Part shown: positions 1 to 8,970 of the stretch, piece by piece
How the letters are laid out: each line of letters opens with the position of its first letter
Numbering within the stretch: position 1 is the first letter of the stretch
From: a virus
Lineage: Duplodnaviria > Heunggongvirae > Uroviricota > Caudoviricetes
Direction: 5' to 3' (one strand)
Length of the DNA stretch: 63,911 nucleotides
IMG/VR virus record: IMGVR_UViG_3300012940_000021
Span: 1-63,911 of that record
Position numbers and translations under genes: made by a program
Notes under the pieces: generated by a model
Databases searched by the model: none
Seen by the model: the letters and a program-made list of their open reading frames with translations, nothing else
Told to the model about the DNA's origin: nothing

Positions 1-295
1 CTAGCCGCGTATCACCTACGGGCGACGCATCTGCTGACTGTCTGCCGCCACCCCCCCCCCCCCTCCCCCCCCCCCCCCCCCCCGCGCCCCCCCCCCCCGC
101 CACCGCCAGCAACCGACCCACGGGAGGCCGGGGCGGGGGCGGGGGTGTCGGCGGGGGCGGCCAGGGGCGCCCCGGGGGGTGGGGTGTCGGCGGGGGCTGG
201 TGGGTGGGGGGTGGTGGGGGGGGAGGGGGGGGGGGGGGGGGGGGGGGGCGGCAGACAGTCAGCAGATGCGTCGCCCGTAGGTGATACGCGGCTAG
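1..295. repeat. Fold-back: perfect 49-bp inverted arms around a C-rich then G-rich core
   Basis: 1-49 is the exact reverse complement of 247-295; poly-C runs from 50, poly-G runs up to 246. Confidence 0.85.
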
Positions 296-486
296 CGGCG
301 CTCCAGGACACCCGAAAGCTGGAGATACCCTCTGAGCCGGTCCACGGATTCGGCCAGCGCGAGGGTGGCGTACACCCCCGCTGCGGCGAGTGCCTGCTCG
401 TCGGTCGTGGGCTGACCGACCACCACGCTGTCAACCAGGCTCCGGGCGCGATCTGCGGCGCTCGGCTCGGGATCTGGAGTCGTCAC
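292..486 (-). CDS. Hypothetical protein (64 aa)
   Basis: ORF; 4-bp overlap with upstream gene. Confidence 0.55.
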   Translation of the reverse strand: MTTPDPEPSAADRARSLVDSVVVGQPTTDEQALAAAGVYATLALAESVDRLRGYLQLSGVLERR

Positions 487-770
487 GGTCTTCCTCCCGC
501 CGTCGTTTCCAAAATCTTCTTCGGGCCTGCCTCGGCCACCAGCCGGATGATCTGGGTCTGGAGCTGCTGAACTCGAAGTTCGCGGATGGCCACGTCACGG
601 GCGTAGTCGTCCCGCCTCGGAACTGCGTGCGTGGGCGGTGACTCGTCCATGCGGAGGGCGATGTTCCAGTCCCCGTGGGGGCCGAACACGTGCTGCCTCG
701 CTCGTGCGATGAGCAACTGCTCCCGTTCGTAGTCCAGCGCGGCCTCCAGGGCCTCGACCAGGCTGCTCAT
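483..770 (-). CDS. Hypothetical protein
   Basis: ATG at 770 after AAGGAG-like RBS; overlaps both neighbours. Confidence 0.6.
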   Translation of the reverse strand: MSSLVEALEAALDYEREQLLIARARQHVFGPHGDWNIALRMDESPPTHAVPRRDDYARDVAIRELRVQQLQTQIIRLVAEAGPKKILETTAGGRP

Positions 771-976
771 GACGGCTCCTTGATGGCTTCTCGGTCCGAC
801 CAGTACCAGATTGCGCCGTATGCCTCGGCTGCATGCCGCTCGGCCTCGCCCCGGAACGGATTGCCCTTCAAGTGACGGGTGCAGGTGAGGATGTCGCCGC
901 CTCCCAGGTCGTAGGCGCTTCGGCACGGCTCCTCTGGAGGGCTGTAAGCGGTAACTTCGTTTCCAGAATCGACCAT
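767..976 (-). CDS. Hypothetical protein
   Basis: ORF in operon-like run. Confidence 0.45.
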   Translation of the reverse strand: MVDSGNEVTAYSPPEEPCRSAYDLGGGDILTCTRHLKGNPFRGEAERHAAEAYGAIWYWSDREAIKEPS

Positions 977-981
977 GGGGC

Positions 982-1119
982 CTAGATCCTCTGCTCTCGG
1001 AGTCGGCGCAGCTCGGCGGTCCACTCTCGAACCTCTTGCCAGGCTCCTCTACTGAGCGCGTCGTTCAGGTGCCACTTCGCGTGGGCGATCTGCTCCTCCA
1101 GGTCGATGTCCTCGCTCAT
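982..1119 (-). CDS. Small hypothetical protein
   Basis: MSEDIDLEEQ...; overlapping start/stop. Confidence 0.5.
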   Translation of the reverse strand: MSEDIDLEEQIAHAKWHLNDALSRGAWQEVREWTAELRRLREQRI

Positions 1120-1277
1120 GCTCCGGCTCTCTGCGGGAACTCGACGGTGAGGCTCCAGCCGCACTCGGCGCACCAGTACATGCGGAGGACCTCGCCCCCG
1201 CCCATGAGCGTGTCGTAGTCCAGGGGCTGCGCCCCGCACAGGGGGCAATCTTCTCGGACCTCTTCGGGGGCGCTCAC
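1116..1277 (-). CDS. Small Zn-ribbon protein
   Basis: CPLC...CAEC; GTGA overlap with upstream stop. Confidence 0.55.
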   Translation of the reverse strand: MSAPEEVREDCPLCGAQPLDYDTLMGGGEVLRMYWCAECGWSLTVEFPQRAGA

Positions 1278-2326
1278 TCGGAGTCCCTCTTCGCCTGCTC
1301 CTCGATGTACAGGGCTGCGACGCGGACGGCCTCGTCCAGGGTCACGTAGGTGATGCCTTCGTGCTCGTACTTCTCGGCCACCACCCCGAACCATCCGGCC
1401 AGGCTGTCCCGGATGCTGCCCACCAGTTCTTCGTACTCGGCCTCGATGGCCTCCAGGCGCTGCTGTGCCTGCTCCAGGGCCTCCGTGGCTGCTGTGAGGG
1501 CTGCACGGGCGCTGCTCTGCTCTCGGATGGCTCCCGTGTAAGCGGTAATGGCGTCGTGGGCGCTGATGATGGCCTCGGCGCTCGGGATCTCGCGCTCTGC
1601 GATGGGGGCCAGGCGCTCGATGGTGCGCTCTGCGATCTCGGCCTGCTCCACGGCTTCGGTGAGGCGTGCGATGTCCCGTTCCAGGCGCGTGGCGATGGCC
1701 AGGTGCTCTTCTGCTCGGGTGACGGCCTGCGCCTTGGCCTTCAGTGCTCGGAACCCCGGCACTCGGGCGTTGATGGCTGCGAGGTCTTCGCTTCGGGTCT
1801 TCAGTGTCTGCGCGTAGGCCAGCCTGCGCCGGTTGCTCTCCCGTGCGGCCTCGAAGATGACGTTGACGTTCGTGAGACTGCCCAGGACGCGAGCTACCTC
1901 GCCAGCGGAGTCGTCCAGGAGGTAGGGCTTGTCGAACTGCCCTGCGTAGTTGATGGGGTCCTTGGCCTCGATGCCCAGGAACTCGCTGACCTCTGGAGGA
2001 ACGTCCCCGCCCAGCTTGCGGAAGATTCTCTCGGGGGCCAGCGGGTGCCCAGGGTCCTCTGGAGTGACCGTGTACGTGTTGTCGGTCGCTGCCACGCCTC
2101 GGGTGAGTGTGACGGTGCCTCGGTCGGTCCGCACCTTGATGCTGCTGATGCGCTCTCCGTGGCTGATGAACTCGGTGCCTCGCCGGTTCGATGTGAGCGT
2201 GCGGAGTGCTCGCATGAACGCGCTCTTGCCGACGTTGCTCGGCCCGACCACCACGGTGAATCTTCCCGGCTCCAGGGTCACGTGGTGGAGCGACTGGAAG
2301 TTGCGGACCTCGATCTCGTGGATCAC
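1274..2326 (-). CDS. SbcC/Rad50-like ABC ATPase (recombination nuclease subunit)
   Basis: IEVRNFQSL N-terminus, Walker A GPSNVGKS, coiled-coil C-terminus. Confidence 0.8.
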   Translation of the reverse strand: MIHEIEVRNFQSLHHVTLEPGRFTVVVGPSNVGKSAFMRALRTLTSNRRGTEFISHGERISSIKVRTDRGTVTLTRGVAATDNTYTVTPEDPGHPLAPERIFRKLGGDVPPEVSEFLGIEAKDPINYAGQFDKPYLLDDSAGEVARVLGSLTNVNVIFEAARESNRRRLAYAQTLKTRSEDLAAINARVPGFRALKAKAQAVTRAEEHLAIATRLERDIARLTEAVEQAEIAERTIERLAPIAEREIPSAEAIISAHDAITAYTGAIREQSSARAALTAATEALEQAQQRLEAIEAEYEELVGSIRDSLAGWFGVVAEKYEHEGITYVTLDEAVRVAALYIEEQAKRDSE

Positions 2327-2529
2327 TGGGGGCTTCGTTTCTCGATGCGGGGGAGGGGCTTGGTCTTGGGCGCTCGGTAGCGGATCACGTTCTCGCGGTG
2401 CCACTCGACGGCTCGGAACGCGATGAGCACGGTGCCCAGTAGCGCGATCCCCGCCACGACGATGAGGGCCACGATGATCCCGTCGTGCGTGGCTTGGTCC
2501 CAGGGCAGGTCTACTGGAGTCGGCGTCAC
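2323..2529 (-). CDS. Small membrane protein
   Basis: One hydrophobic helix GIIVALIVVAGIALLGTVLIAF. Confidence 0.6.
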   Translation of the reverse strand: MTPTPVDLPWDQATHDGIIVALIVVAGIALLGTVLIAFRAVEWHRENVIRYRAPKTKPLPRIEKRSPQ

Positions 2530-2777
2530 GTGAGTGATACGCCCTTGGGCGCGCTGTGGGCAATGGTGCTGATGCGATCCCGGCTCAGTCCCGTGATGCT
2601 CTGGAGCTTGCTCTCGGGAATCTTGGCTGCTCGTGCTGCTCTGATGAGGTCGTCGCGGATGGCCAGTTGCTGCTCGTAGTTGCGCTTGGCCTCGGCTGCG
2701 ATGGCGCACTGCTCTCGGAGGGCGTCGAGTGCCATGACTGCGCTGATGGGGGGCTGCTGGACTGCTGGGGTCGCCAT
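2526..2777 (-). CDS. Small putative DNA-binding protein
   Basis: C-terminal HTH-like segment KLQSITGLSRDRISTI. Confidence 0.5.
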   Translation of the reverse strand: MATPAVQQPPISAVMALDALREQCAIAAEAKRNYEQQLAIRDDLIRAARAAKIPESKLQSITGLSRDRISTIAHSAPKGVSLT

Positions 2778-2914
2778 GGTGCCTCTTTCCGATGGTGCGG
2801 GATGTCGCCCCATGATTACACAAATCTGACTGGGGGTCACCCTTCTTCGTTTCGGAAAACGACGCCCCCGGCAAGTGACAATAATCCTCACGTTTGAGGC
2901 TCCAGGCGCACGAG

Positions 2915-2958
2915 AAACCCCCCGGTTCCGCGTGGGGGGCGGGTTAGGAACCGGGGGG
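2915..2958 (-). terminator. Putative intrinsic terminator
   Basis: CCCCCGGTTCC/GGAACCGGGGG stem followed by TTTCT on the minus strand. Confidence 0.55.
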
Positions 2959-2976
2959 CTGTGGGGGTCTCGGGGC

Positions 2977-3435
2977 CTACGCGATGTCGCTCTCGGCCAT
3001 GTGCTGGATGAGGAGGTCGTACAGCTCGTTGCTGTCGGTGAGCTTCTCCCACTCGGGGATGGACTCGACCAGCGCGACGAACTCGGTGTACGACATCTTC
3101 TTCGTGATGCGCTTGAACGGCTGCCCGTAGTCGCTCTGATTCTCGAAGTAGACGACGGTCCCCTTGTTGCGGGTGTCGCTGATGACGAGGATCGGGTGCT
3201 CGTTGTCGCCCAGCCGCCCGCCGATGCCGTAGCCGGTCTCGCTGCCCTGGTCCTCTCCGACCATGGCGTCGAAGACGATTCGGGCCAGATACTGATTGTC
3301 CGTGGCGCGACCGGACCGGAGTCCCGTCATGGCTGCCTTCAGGACGCGCTCTCCGCCCCAGTGCGAGTACAGGTAGACGCGCTCGGTGCGCTTGCCCCAC
3401 TTGTCCTCGATGACGATGTTGCTGCGATCTCCCAT
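2977..3435 (-). CDS. Hypothetical protein (152 aa)
   Basis: GGAGG RBS, own promoter at ~3455-3499. Confidence 0.75.
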   Translation of the reverse strand: MGDRSNIVIEDKWGKRTERVYLYSHWGGERVLKAAMTGLRSGRATDNQYLARIVFDAMVGEDQGSETGYGIGGRLGDNEHPILVISDTRNKGTVVYFENQSDYGQPFKRITKKMSYTEFVALVESIPEWEKLTDSNELYDLLIQHMAESDIA

Positions 3436-3483
3436 GGTGACCTCCTGGAGTGTTGTTGACCTGCTCGTAGCTTACCGCTTACG

Positions 3484-3499
3484 GATGACAATTGCAATC
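3484..3499 (-). promoter_or_regulatory. Operator-1/promoter, representative copy (GAT[TG]GCAATTG[TC]CATC overlapping -35)
   Basis: TTGCAA-17 bp-TAAGCT; further copies at 5154, 8352, 8932, 9915, 14029, 24056, 25479, 38538, 40656, partial 22509, variants 20243 and 20278. Confidence 0.85.
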
Positions 3500-3972
3500 T
3501 ACGGCCAGTGGCGAGTCTGCGTGCTGACCAGCCGGATGCGATCCGGGGCGATGTCCTGCGTCACGGCCCAGCATGATTCGTTGATGGGGTCGTGCTGCCA
3601 CTCCAGTCCCTCGGTGCGGACCTCCCAGATGTCCCACTCGTCGGTGGTCGCCCAGCGGCCTCGCTCGTCAGGCTCGGGTCCCAGGTACACGGCTCGTGGC
3701 TGCCCGTGCGCGTTCATGTTCCAGCGCCCGTCGCTCGGGAGGGCCATCCTCAGCCCGTGCTGCTGGATGGACTCGCGGAACTCGCTCGGCGCGCTGTGGA
3801 ACGCGATCTCGGCCAACGGCTTGCGGACGACGGCCAGGTACAGGGCGCGGTAGTCCGGCTCGGCCCCGGATGCGAGGAGAACCAGCATCTCGTGCGCCAC
3901 GTCCTCGCGCAGCTCGCGCACGTTCGCCTTGTAGCGGATGTGCTGCTCGACCTCTTCGCGGGTGTGGAGCAT
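3499..3972 (-). CDS. Putative ADP-ribosyltransferase-fold (Tpt1/KptA-like) protein
   Basis: AFHSAPSEFRESIQQHGL...AVYL pattern resembles the H-x(8)-SI-xxx-GL...VYL ART-fold core. Confidence 0.5.
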   Translation of the reverse strand: MLHTREEVEQHIRYKANVRELREDVAHEMLVLLASGAEPDYRALYLAVVRKPLAEIAFHSAPSEFRESIQQHGLRMALPSDGRWNMNAHGQPRAVYLGPEPDERGRWATTDEWDIWEVRTEGLEWQHDPINESCWAVTQDIAPDRIRLVSTQTRHWP

Positions 3973-4001
3973 GGACGGCCTCCTCTGTAAGCGGGAATCT
4001 T

Positions 4002-4013
4002 GTTTCGAGAAAC
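4002..4013. promoter_or_regulatory. Operator-2, representative copy (palindrome GTTTCNNGAAAC)
   Basis: Perfect at 4002, 5180, 8958, 26132; 1-2 mismatches at 2849, 14001, 14221, 27407, 37430, 38497. Confidence 0.75.
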
Positions 4014-4017
4014 GGGG

Positions 4018-4257
4018 CTAACAGCACCCCTGAGCCTGCTCCAGCCCGTACTGCCGTCCGGCCTCGAACAGATCCTCCAGCTCCTCGCGGCTCACCATGA
4101 CGCGGTTGCCCGCGCCCGTGACCCAATCCGAACGAACCAGCGCGTTCCACAGGCGCTCGGGGGACGTGCGATCCGCCTCGGCGGTGGTGGCAGGGGGCTG
4201 CTCGACGCCTCGCGGCAGATCGAAAGCGTGCCGCCCGACAGGTTGCAGATGTGCCAT
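4018..4257 (-). CDS. Hypothetical protein
   Basis: GAGGAGG RBS. Confidence 0.65.
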   Translation of the reverse strand: MAHLQPVGRHAFDLPRGVEQPPATTAEADRTSPERLWNALVRSDWVTGAGNRVMVSREELEDLFEAGRQYGLEQAQGCC

Positions 4258-4266
4258 GGTGCCTCC

Positions 4267-4755
4267 TCAGTGGGCGTAGGTGTATGCGACCAGCCGCCCG
4301 TCGAACTGCGGGCTGAAGTTGGCCAGGATCGAGTCGATGAGGGTGATGCCGACGGCGTAGCGGCGGTAGCCGCGACCGGGGTAGCCCCTGCTGCCCTCCT
4401 TGGTGGTCTCGCCCTGCGCCACGATGAGCGCTGCACGGACCTCCTCCAGCGGGATGCACGCGATCCGAGTGCCGTAGGCGTCCTCGGTGAGGTTGACCTC
4501 GTGCGTGACGCCCTGCTCGTCCTCGCGCTGCACGCGGGTGTAGATGATGTTGAAGACGCCGGTCTTCTCGAACTCCTCGTCCGCGAGCTTCTGGTACTTG
4601 TGGACCAGATCCCAGACGGTGCGATCCACGCCCGACAGGTCGATGGATGCGAACTCGTGGAACCCGCGCCCGTACTTCGCGTGGTACTCGTGCATGCTCT
4701 CGTCGTCGTGGTCGTGCCACTGCGCGCCGATGTGAAGCTTCAGTTCAACTCCCAT
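4267..4755 (-). CDS. Hypothetical protein (162 aa)
   Basis: GGAGG RBS, typical codon usage. Confidence 0.7.
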   Translation of the reverse strand: MGVELKLHIGAQWHDHDDESMHEYHAKYGRGFHEFASIDLSGVDRTVWDLVHKYQKLADEEFEKTGVFNIIYTRVQREDEQGVTHEVNLTEDAYGTRIACIPLEEVRAALIVAQGETTKEGSRGYPGRGYRRYAVGITLIDSILANFSPQFDGRLVAYTYAH

Positions 4756-4767
4756 GGTGGGCCTCCC

Positions 4768-5109
4768 TCAGTCGTTCTGCTGCTGGATGTAGCCGGTGCC
4801 GTCGCACTCGTTGCACTCGGCCTGGACCTCGCCGGAGAACTTGTCGCGCTCGGCGTCGGCCTGGTAGGTGCGCTCGCCCGTGCCGTCGCACGCCTCGCAC
4901 TTGGGCGGCATGACGTTGTGCCACCAGTGAACGGTGACGTTGTAGCCCTGGTGCCGCCCGTAGCGGCCTCGGCTCGCCTGCGTGTGCGTGGTCGTGCGGC
5001 GCGGCTTGCACGGGCACTTGCTGGCCTCGTCGCCAACTCCCGTGATGTGCCCGATGATGAGGAACCGCTCGCCGGGGACGACGGGCGGGTGGTGGATTGT
5101 CTGCGTCAT
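4768..5109 (-). CDS. DnaJ-type zinc-finger repeat protein
   Basis: CEACDGTG and CNECDGTG motifs. Confidence 0.65.
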   Translation of the reverse strand: MTQTIHHPPVVPGERFLIIGHITGVGDEASKCPCKPRRTTTHTQASRGRYGRHQGYNVTVHWWHNVMPPKCEACDGTGERTYQADAERDKFSGEVQAECNECDGTGYIQQQND

Positions 5110-5182
5110 GGCGACCTCCGAAGTGTTGACCTGCATTCAGGATACCACTAACGGATGACAATTGCCATCCTCGCCCTTCGTT

Positions 5183-5341
5183 TCAGGAAACCAGCGTGTC
5201 CAGCCTCGTGTCCCCGTAGCCTGCCTCCTCGAAGTGCCGGAGGATCTCCCGCGCCTCGTCGTCGTAGTTGATCCACTCACGGGCGCTCGTCACGGTGTGC
5301 CCCTCGCTCGCGGCCAGCACGATGAGGGTTGACGTGGCCAT
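5183..5341 (-). CDS. Small hypothetical protein
   Basis: Short ORF with phage-like codon usage. Confidence 0.45.
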   Translation of the reverse strand: MATSTLIVLAASEGHTVTSAREWINYDDEAREILRHFEEAGYGDTRLDTLVS

Positions 5342-5415
5342 CGTGCTCGTGGCGAACCGGCGCTTCTTGCCGGGGAGGAACCAGTCCACGCCCAGACTGC
5401 TGCTGCTCCTCGCCA

Positions 5416-5901
5416 CTAGAACCCCGGAGGTCGTGAGTGCGCAGCTCGGGCGACGTTCGCGTTGTGCTGCTGGACGACGGGATCGAACGCGAGATCCCGC
5501 TTGCGCGAAATCTTCTCGATGACCTCGACGGCCTCGTCGCTCGGGGCCTCGACCTCGCGCATGCCGTGCTCGGCTGCTGCTCGTCCGCTCGGGAACAGCG
5601 GGACCTCGGTCGTGTACGTGGCGCACGACGGGTCGAGCGATCCGCGTGCGATGCCCAGTCGCACCGCGAGGAGGTCGGTCGGCTCCCGATGACCCAACCA
5701 GCCGCTGCACACCGTGCCGTCGCCCTGGTGGCAGTGGAACTCCTTCAGGGCCTGCTCATGCTGCACCTGCTCGTGAATCTCGCCGTCGTACTCGGGGAGC
5801 TTCAGGTACTCCTCGGGATGCCAGACTCCACTCGGCACGTTTTGCCGGTAGGGGCAGGACGCACATGGGCGCTTGCGGGGGACCGCTGCCTCAGCGGCCA
5901 T
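5416..5901 (-). CDS. Cys/His-rich protein (DUF6283-like)
   Basis: PCASCPYR...PSGVW...FHCHQ...CSGWL. Confidence 0.65.
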   Translation of the reverse strand: MAAEAAVPRKRPCASCPYRQNVPSGVWHPEEYLKLPEYDGEIHEQVQHEQALKEFHCHQGDGTVCSGWLGHREPTDLLAVRLGIARGSLDPSCATYTTEVPLFPSGRAAAEHGMREVEAPSDEAVEVIEKISRKRDLAFDPVVQQHNANVARAAHSRPPGF

Positions 5902-6310
5902 AGTGCTTGACCCCGTACTCGGGAGGACTCGTGTCCTCCAGCGTCGGCCAGTCCTCCTCGACCGCCTTCTTCAGCCATGCGCGGATCTCGGACAGGTAGC
6001 CGAACCCGTCCTCGATGAGCGCGAGGTCGCTCACCCGCTCGACAAAGCGGCTGCCGTCCTCCGTGGGCTTGTCGCTGCCCTGCGCCACGCGGTAGGTCAC
6101 GCCCTTGAACTCGAACGTGCCGTCACGGCGGATGGTCGGAATCTTGCTGCGGTCGCGCCACTCGCGCTCGATGGTGCGGGCGGGCTTGCGGCAGTACCGG
6201 CACACCTGAGCGCTCCCCGGTCCGGGGATCAGGTGGTGCGTCGAGTTGTCCTCGCCCTCGGCACGCCCGCTCGCCGGGCAGTAGAGGTCGGTTGCTCTCT
6301 CGTCGGTCAC
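5891..6310 (-). CDS. Hypothetical protein with Cys motif
   Basis: GTG coupled to upstream stop; CRYC. Confidence 0.6.
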   Translation of the reverse strand: MTDERATDLYCPASGRAEGEDNSTHHLIPGPGSAQVCRYCRKPARTIEREWRDRSKIPTIRRDGTFEFKGVTYRVAQGSDKPTEDGSRFVERVSDLALIEDGFGYLSEIRAWLKKAVEEDWPTLEDTSPPEYGVKHYGR

Positions 6311-6696
6311 AGGTCCCACTCCTTCCTGCGCTTCTCGCGCTCTGCCACGTCGAGCGGCTTCAGGATGTCGAACAGCGGCCCATTCGACTGGATGTAGCCC
6401 TCGGCGCTCTTGATGAACTCGCCCGCCTCGTCCTGGAGATGCTCGGTGAGAGGGATGTCGTCGGGGATGACGTGCTCGGTCTTCTCGGTGGCGAACGCGG
6501 TGCCGGAGGTCGGACTCGTGCTCCACTCGTACTCCGTGAACAGGTACTCGTGATGGAACTTCTCACGGATGCCGATGAACCCGCGACGCTCGACCGACCA
6601 GGCTCCCACGGCAAGATTCCGCGACCTGATGATGTAGATGCGCCGGTCCTCCAGCTCCTCGATGGGGATACGGCCCTCCGGCATGTGCTCGTCCAT
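6307..6696 (-). CDS. Hypothetical protein
   Basis: MDEHMPEGRIP...; operon context. Confidence 0.65.
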   Translation of the reverse strand: MDEHMPEGRIPIEELEDRRIYIIRSRNLAVGAWSVERRGFIGIREKFHHEYLFTEYEWSTSPTSGTAFATEKTEHVIPDDIPLTEHLQDEAGEFIKSAEGYIQSNGPLFDILKPLDVAEREKRRKEWDL

Positions 6697-6709
6697 TGCT
6701 GACCCGCTC

Positions 6710-7774
6710 TCAGATGTGGAAGTCGATGTAGACCAGCCGCGCCTCGGGGTCCTGCACGTCCAGGATCTTGATGAGCGACTCGACCCACTGCTCGTCGGTG
6801 AACTCGTCGGTGTGCATGCCCCACCAGCCCATGCGGCCCTTCGTGATCCACTCGAAGTCGTCCACCTGCTCGACGTTGCCGTCGCTGTCGTAGGTGACCT
6901 CGTTGGACTCGCTCGGGTCCTGCTCGACCTTGGTCGGCACGACGACGTTGTACGGGAACCACCAGGGGAGGTAGGCGCGGCAGTCCAAGCGCTTGGCCTC
7001 CAGCTTGTCGGTGTCCTCGAACGTGAGCACCTGGAAGTTCGGGTCGCCTCCGTGGGCCAGCCGGGCGTTCTGCGCGTAGTTGCCCGCGTTGAGTGACGGG
7101 TTAGCTGCCAGCCACTCCTGCGTGCGGGCGCGCTGTGCGTTGAACACGGCCCAGCCCTCCTTGATCTCGGCCTCGACGGCTGCCAGCTCGGCCTGCGCCT
7201 CGGGGTCCCGGAGGTTGGCGAGGGCCTTCTCCAGCTCCTCACGGAGGGCGGAAATCTTCTCGCCCTGGCGCTCGCGGTAGGTCTGCTCCCACCGTCCGCC
7301 GATGACCCACCAGTCCCACTTGGAGTGCGGGTTGTAGGTGGAGTAGAGGTTGCCCTCGGCGTCCTTGTTCTCGTCGTCGTACCAGGACGCGACGTTCTCG
7401 TAGTGCTGCTCGTCGGTCCACTCCAGGCGCTGCGGGAACCCCGTGCGGAGGTACTCCAGGTGCTTCTCGTTGCTCACACCCTTGGCGTACTTCACGGGAT
7501 CGGCAAGGTACTCGGCGTAGGTGCCGTTCCGGTACTCCTCGACCTCGCGGCGGCTCTTCTCGATGGCCTGCTCGCGGGTGTACTCGACGTAGCGCGGCAT
7601 CTCCTTGTTCTCATCGAACTTGGCCAGGGCGCGCTCCAGGAACTCGTTGAGCGCGGTGCCTGCGATCCACTCCTTGGCGTCGGCACCGTAGAGGTCGGGG
7701 TACTTCGTCCGGGTCGTGTTGGTGATGAACTCGACCGACGGGGGGACCACCACGGCCCCGATGAAGTGCGTCAT
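6710..7774 (-). CDS. Hypothetical protein (354 aa)
   Basis: Long ORF, AAGGAG RBS, YSTYNPHSKWDWWVIGGRW motif. Confidence 0.8.
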   Translation of the reverse strand: MTHFIGAVVVPPSVEFITNTTRTKYPDLYGADAKEWIAGTALNEFLERALAKFDENKEMPRYVEYTREQAIEKSRREVEEYRNGTYAEYLADPVKYAKGVSNEKHLEYLRTGFPQRLEWTDEQHYENVASWYDDENKDAEGNLYSTYNPHSKWDWWVIGGRWEQTYRERQGEKISALREELEKALANLRDPEAQAELAAVEAEIKEGWAVFNAQRARTQEWLAANPSLNAGNYAQNARLAHGGDPNFQVLTFEDTDKLEAKRLDCRAYLPWWFPYNVVVPTKVEQDPSESNEVTYDSDGNVEQVDDFEWITKGRMGWWGMHTDEFTDEQWVESLIKILDVQDPEARLVYIDFHI

Positions 7775-7796
7775 GGATTCTTCTCCTTGGATTGGC

Positions 7797-8141
7797 CTAC
7801 GGGAGTGATACGGCGATGTCGCTGATCCGGGTGAGGGTCATCCCGCCTCGATGGAACTGCACGGGAACCCAGCCGGGGAACGGCTGCCAGTCAGCGGGAT
7901 AGGCGCACACGACGCCCGCCCGGCCACGGACGGTGACCTGCATACCCTCGGGAGCCTTGGACCAGCGGCAGGTGCATCCAAGCCGCTCGCACGGCCCGCG
8001 CAGCTCTGCGCTCGACATGGCGTAGCCCTTGGCACCGAGAGGCTTGTGTGCCTCGATCCGGTCCCAGTCGGTCGTGGCGTCGATCATGAGATCCCGGTAG
8101 TAGTCCGGGTCCGGCTCGTAGTCGAAGTCGTCCATGCTCAC
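7797..8141 (-). CDS. Hypothetical protein
   Basis: ORF coupled to upstream stop. Confidence 0.55.
   Translation of the reverse strand: MSMDDFDYEPDPDYYRDLMIDATTDWDRIEAHKPLGAKGYAMSSAELRGPCERLGCTCRWSKAPEGMQVTVRGRAGVVCAYPADWQPFPGWVPVQFHRGGMTLTRISDIAVSLP
7805..7814 (-). promoter_or_regulatory. G[CG]CGTATCAC extended -10-like promoter, representative copy
   Basis: Copies at 281, 2534, 14575, 17308, 24613, 27392, 34556; variants 47052, 47258, 48104, 49172; most lie just upstream of minus-strand starts. Confidence 0.7.
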
Positions 8142-8308
8142 TTCCCCTCCAGCGTGGCCAGGTAGGCGTCCTCGCGGGCCGCGACGCGGAGGTCGTCAGC
8201 CACGAGAGGGAGAGGCGCGACCGGCGTGGGCCGCACGATGGCGCGGCGTCCGGGAGCGATGCGCTCCACGTCCTTCGAGAGGATGTAGGTGCCTGCGTGC
8301 TTCGCCAT
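8138..8308 (-). CDS. Small hypothetical protein
   Basis: GGAGG RBS downstream of an operator-1 promoter. Confidence 0.6.
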   Translation of the reverse strand: MAKHAGTYILSKDVERIAPGRRAIVRPTPVAPLPLVADDLRVAAREDAYLATLEGK

Positions 8309-8368
8309 GATGACCTCCGATTGTTGACCTGCATTCAGGATAGCAGGGACGGATGACAATTGCAATCC

Positions 8369-8737
8369 TCAGCGGAGGTAGAGGTAGCCGCCGTGCTTGT
8401 CCGCTGCCGCGACGGCCTCAGCGAACCCGCTCGGAGTGCTCAGGTTGAACTGACTCTGCAACTCGCCGTTGCTGCGCTTGGCGGGCGTCTTCCAGCTCGC
8501 GGCCTTGATGAGCTTGCCGGTGCTCTTCTCCACGAAGGCGTGGACGCTGCGCTGCGGGTTGGTGGACCCGGCCAGCACCTGGACGATGCGGTCGAACTTC
8601 TGGCCTGCCTCGACGGTGAACACGTAGTGGAGATCCGACACGAAGCGGTCGTTCTTCGCGTCCTCGATCTGCTTCGCCTTGTGCTCGGCGTCGAACTTCT
8701 GCTGGAGCGCCTGCGCGAAATCGGTGGCAAAGGTCAT
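8369..8737 (-). CDS. Hypothetical phage protein
   Basis: KFDRIV...SVHAFV...GKLIKAASWKTPAK; AAGGAGG RBS. Confidence 0.75.
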   Translation of the reverse strand: MTFATDFAQALQQKFDAEHKAKQIEDAKNDRFVSDLHYVFTVEAGQKFDRIVQVLAGSTNPQRSVHAFVEKSTGKLIKAASWKTPAKRSNGELQSQFNLSTPSGFAEAVAAADKHGGYLYLR

Positions 8738-8748
8738 GGGGTCCTCCT

Positions 8749-8886
8749 TCAGTCCAGGCCCAGCGCGTACATGCTCGCGTAGGCGAACCGTGCGACGGGA
8801 CCGTAGCGGGTGCAGTTCTTGGTGCGCGGCCAGTCGCAGACGAACAGGTAGACGATCCGGCTGATGTGAGCGATTGCTTCGATCAT
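8749..8886 (-). CDS. Small hypothetical protein
   Basis: GGAGG RBS after an operator-1 promoter; below the ORF-track cutoff. Confidence 0.5.
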   Translation of the reverse strand: MIEAIAHISRIVYLFVCDWPRTKNCTRYGPVARFAYASMYALGLD

Positions 8887-8970
8887 CGTGACCTCCCGCG
8901 TTGTTGACCTACAGTCAGCGTATCAGGGGAGGATGGCAATTGCAATCCCTGCCGGATGTTTCTTGAAACG

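Noticed and set aside
12-570. Pro/Gly-rich ORFs over the C/G runs
   Set aside because: Low-complexity translation of the fold-back
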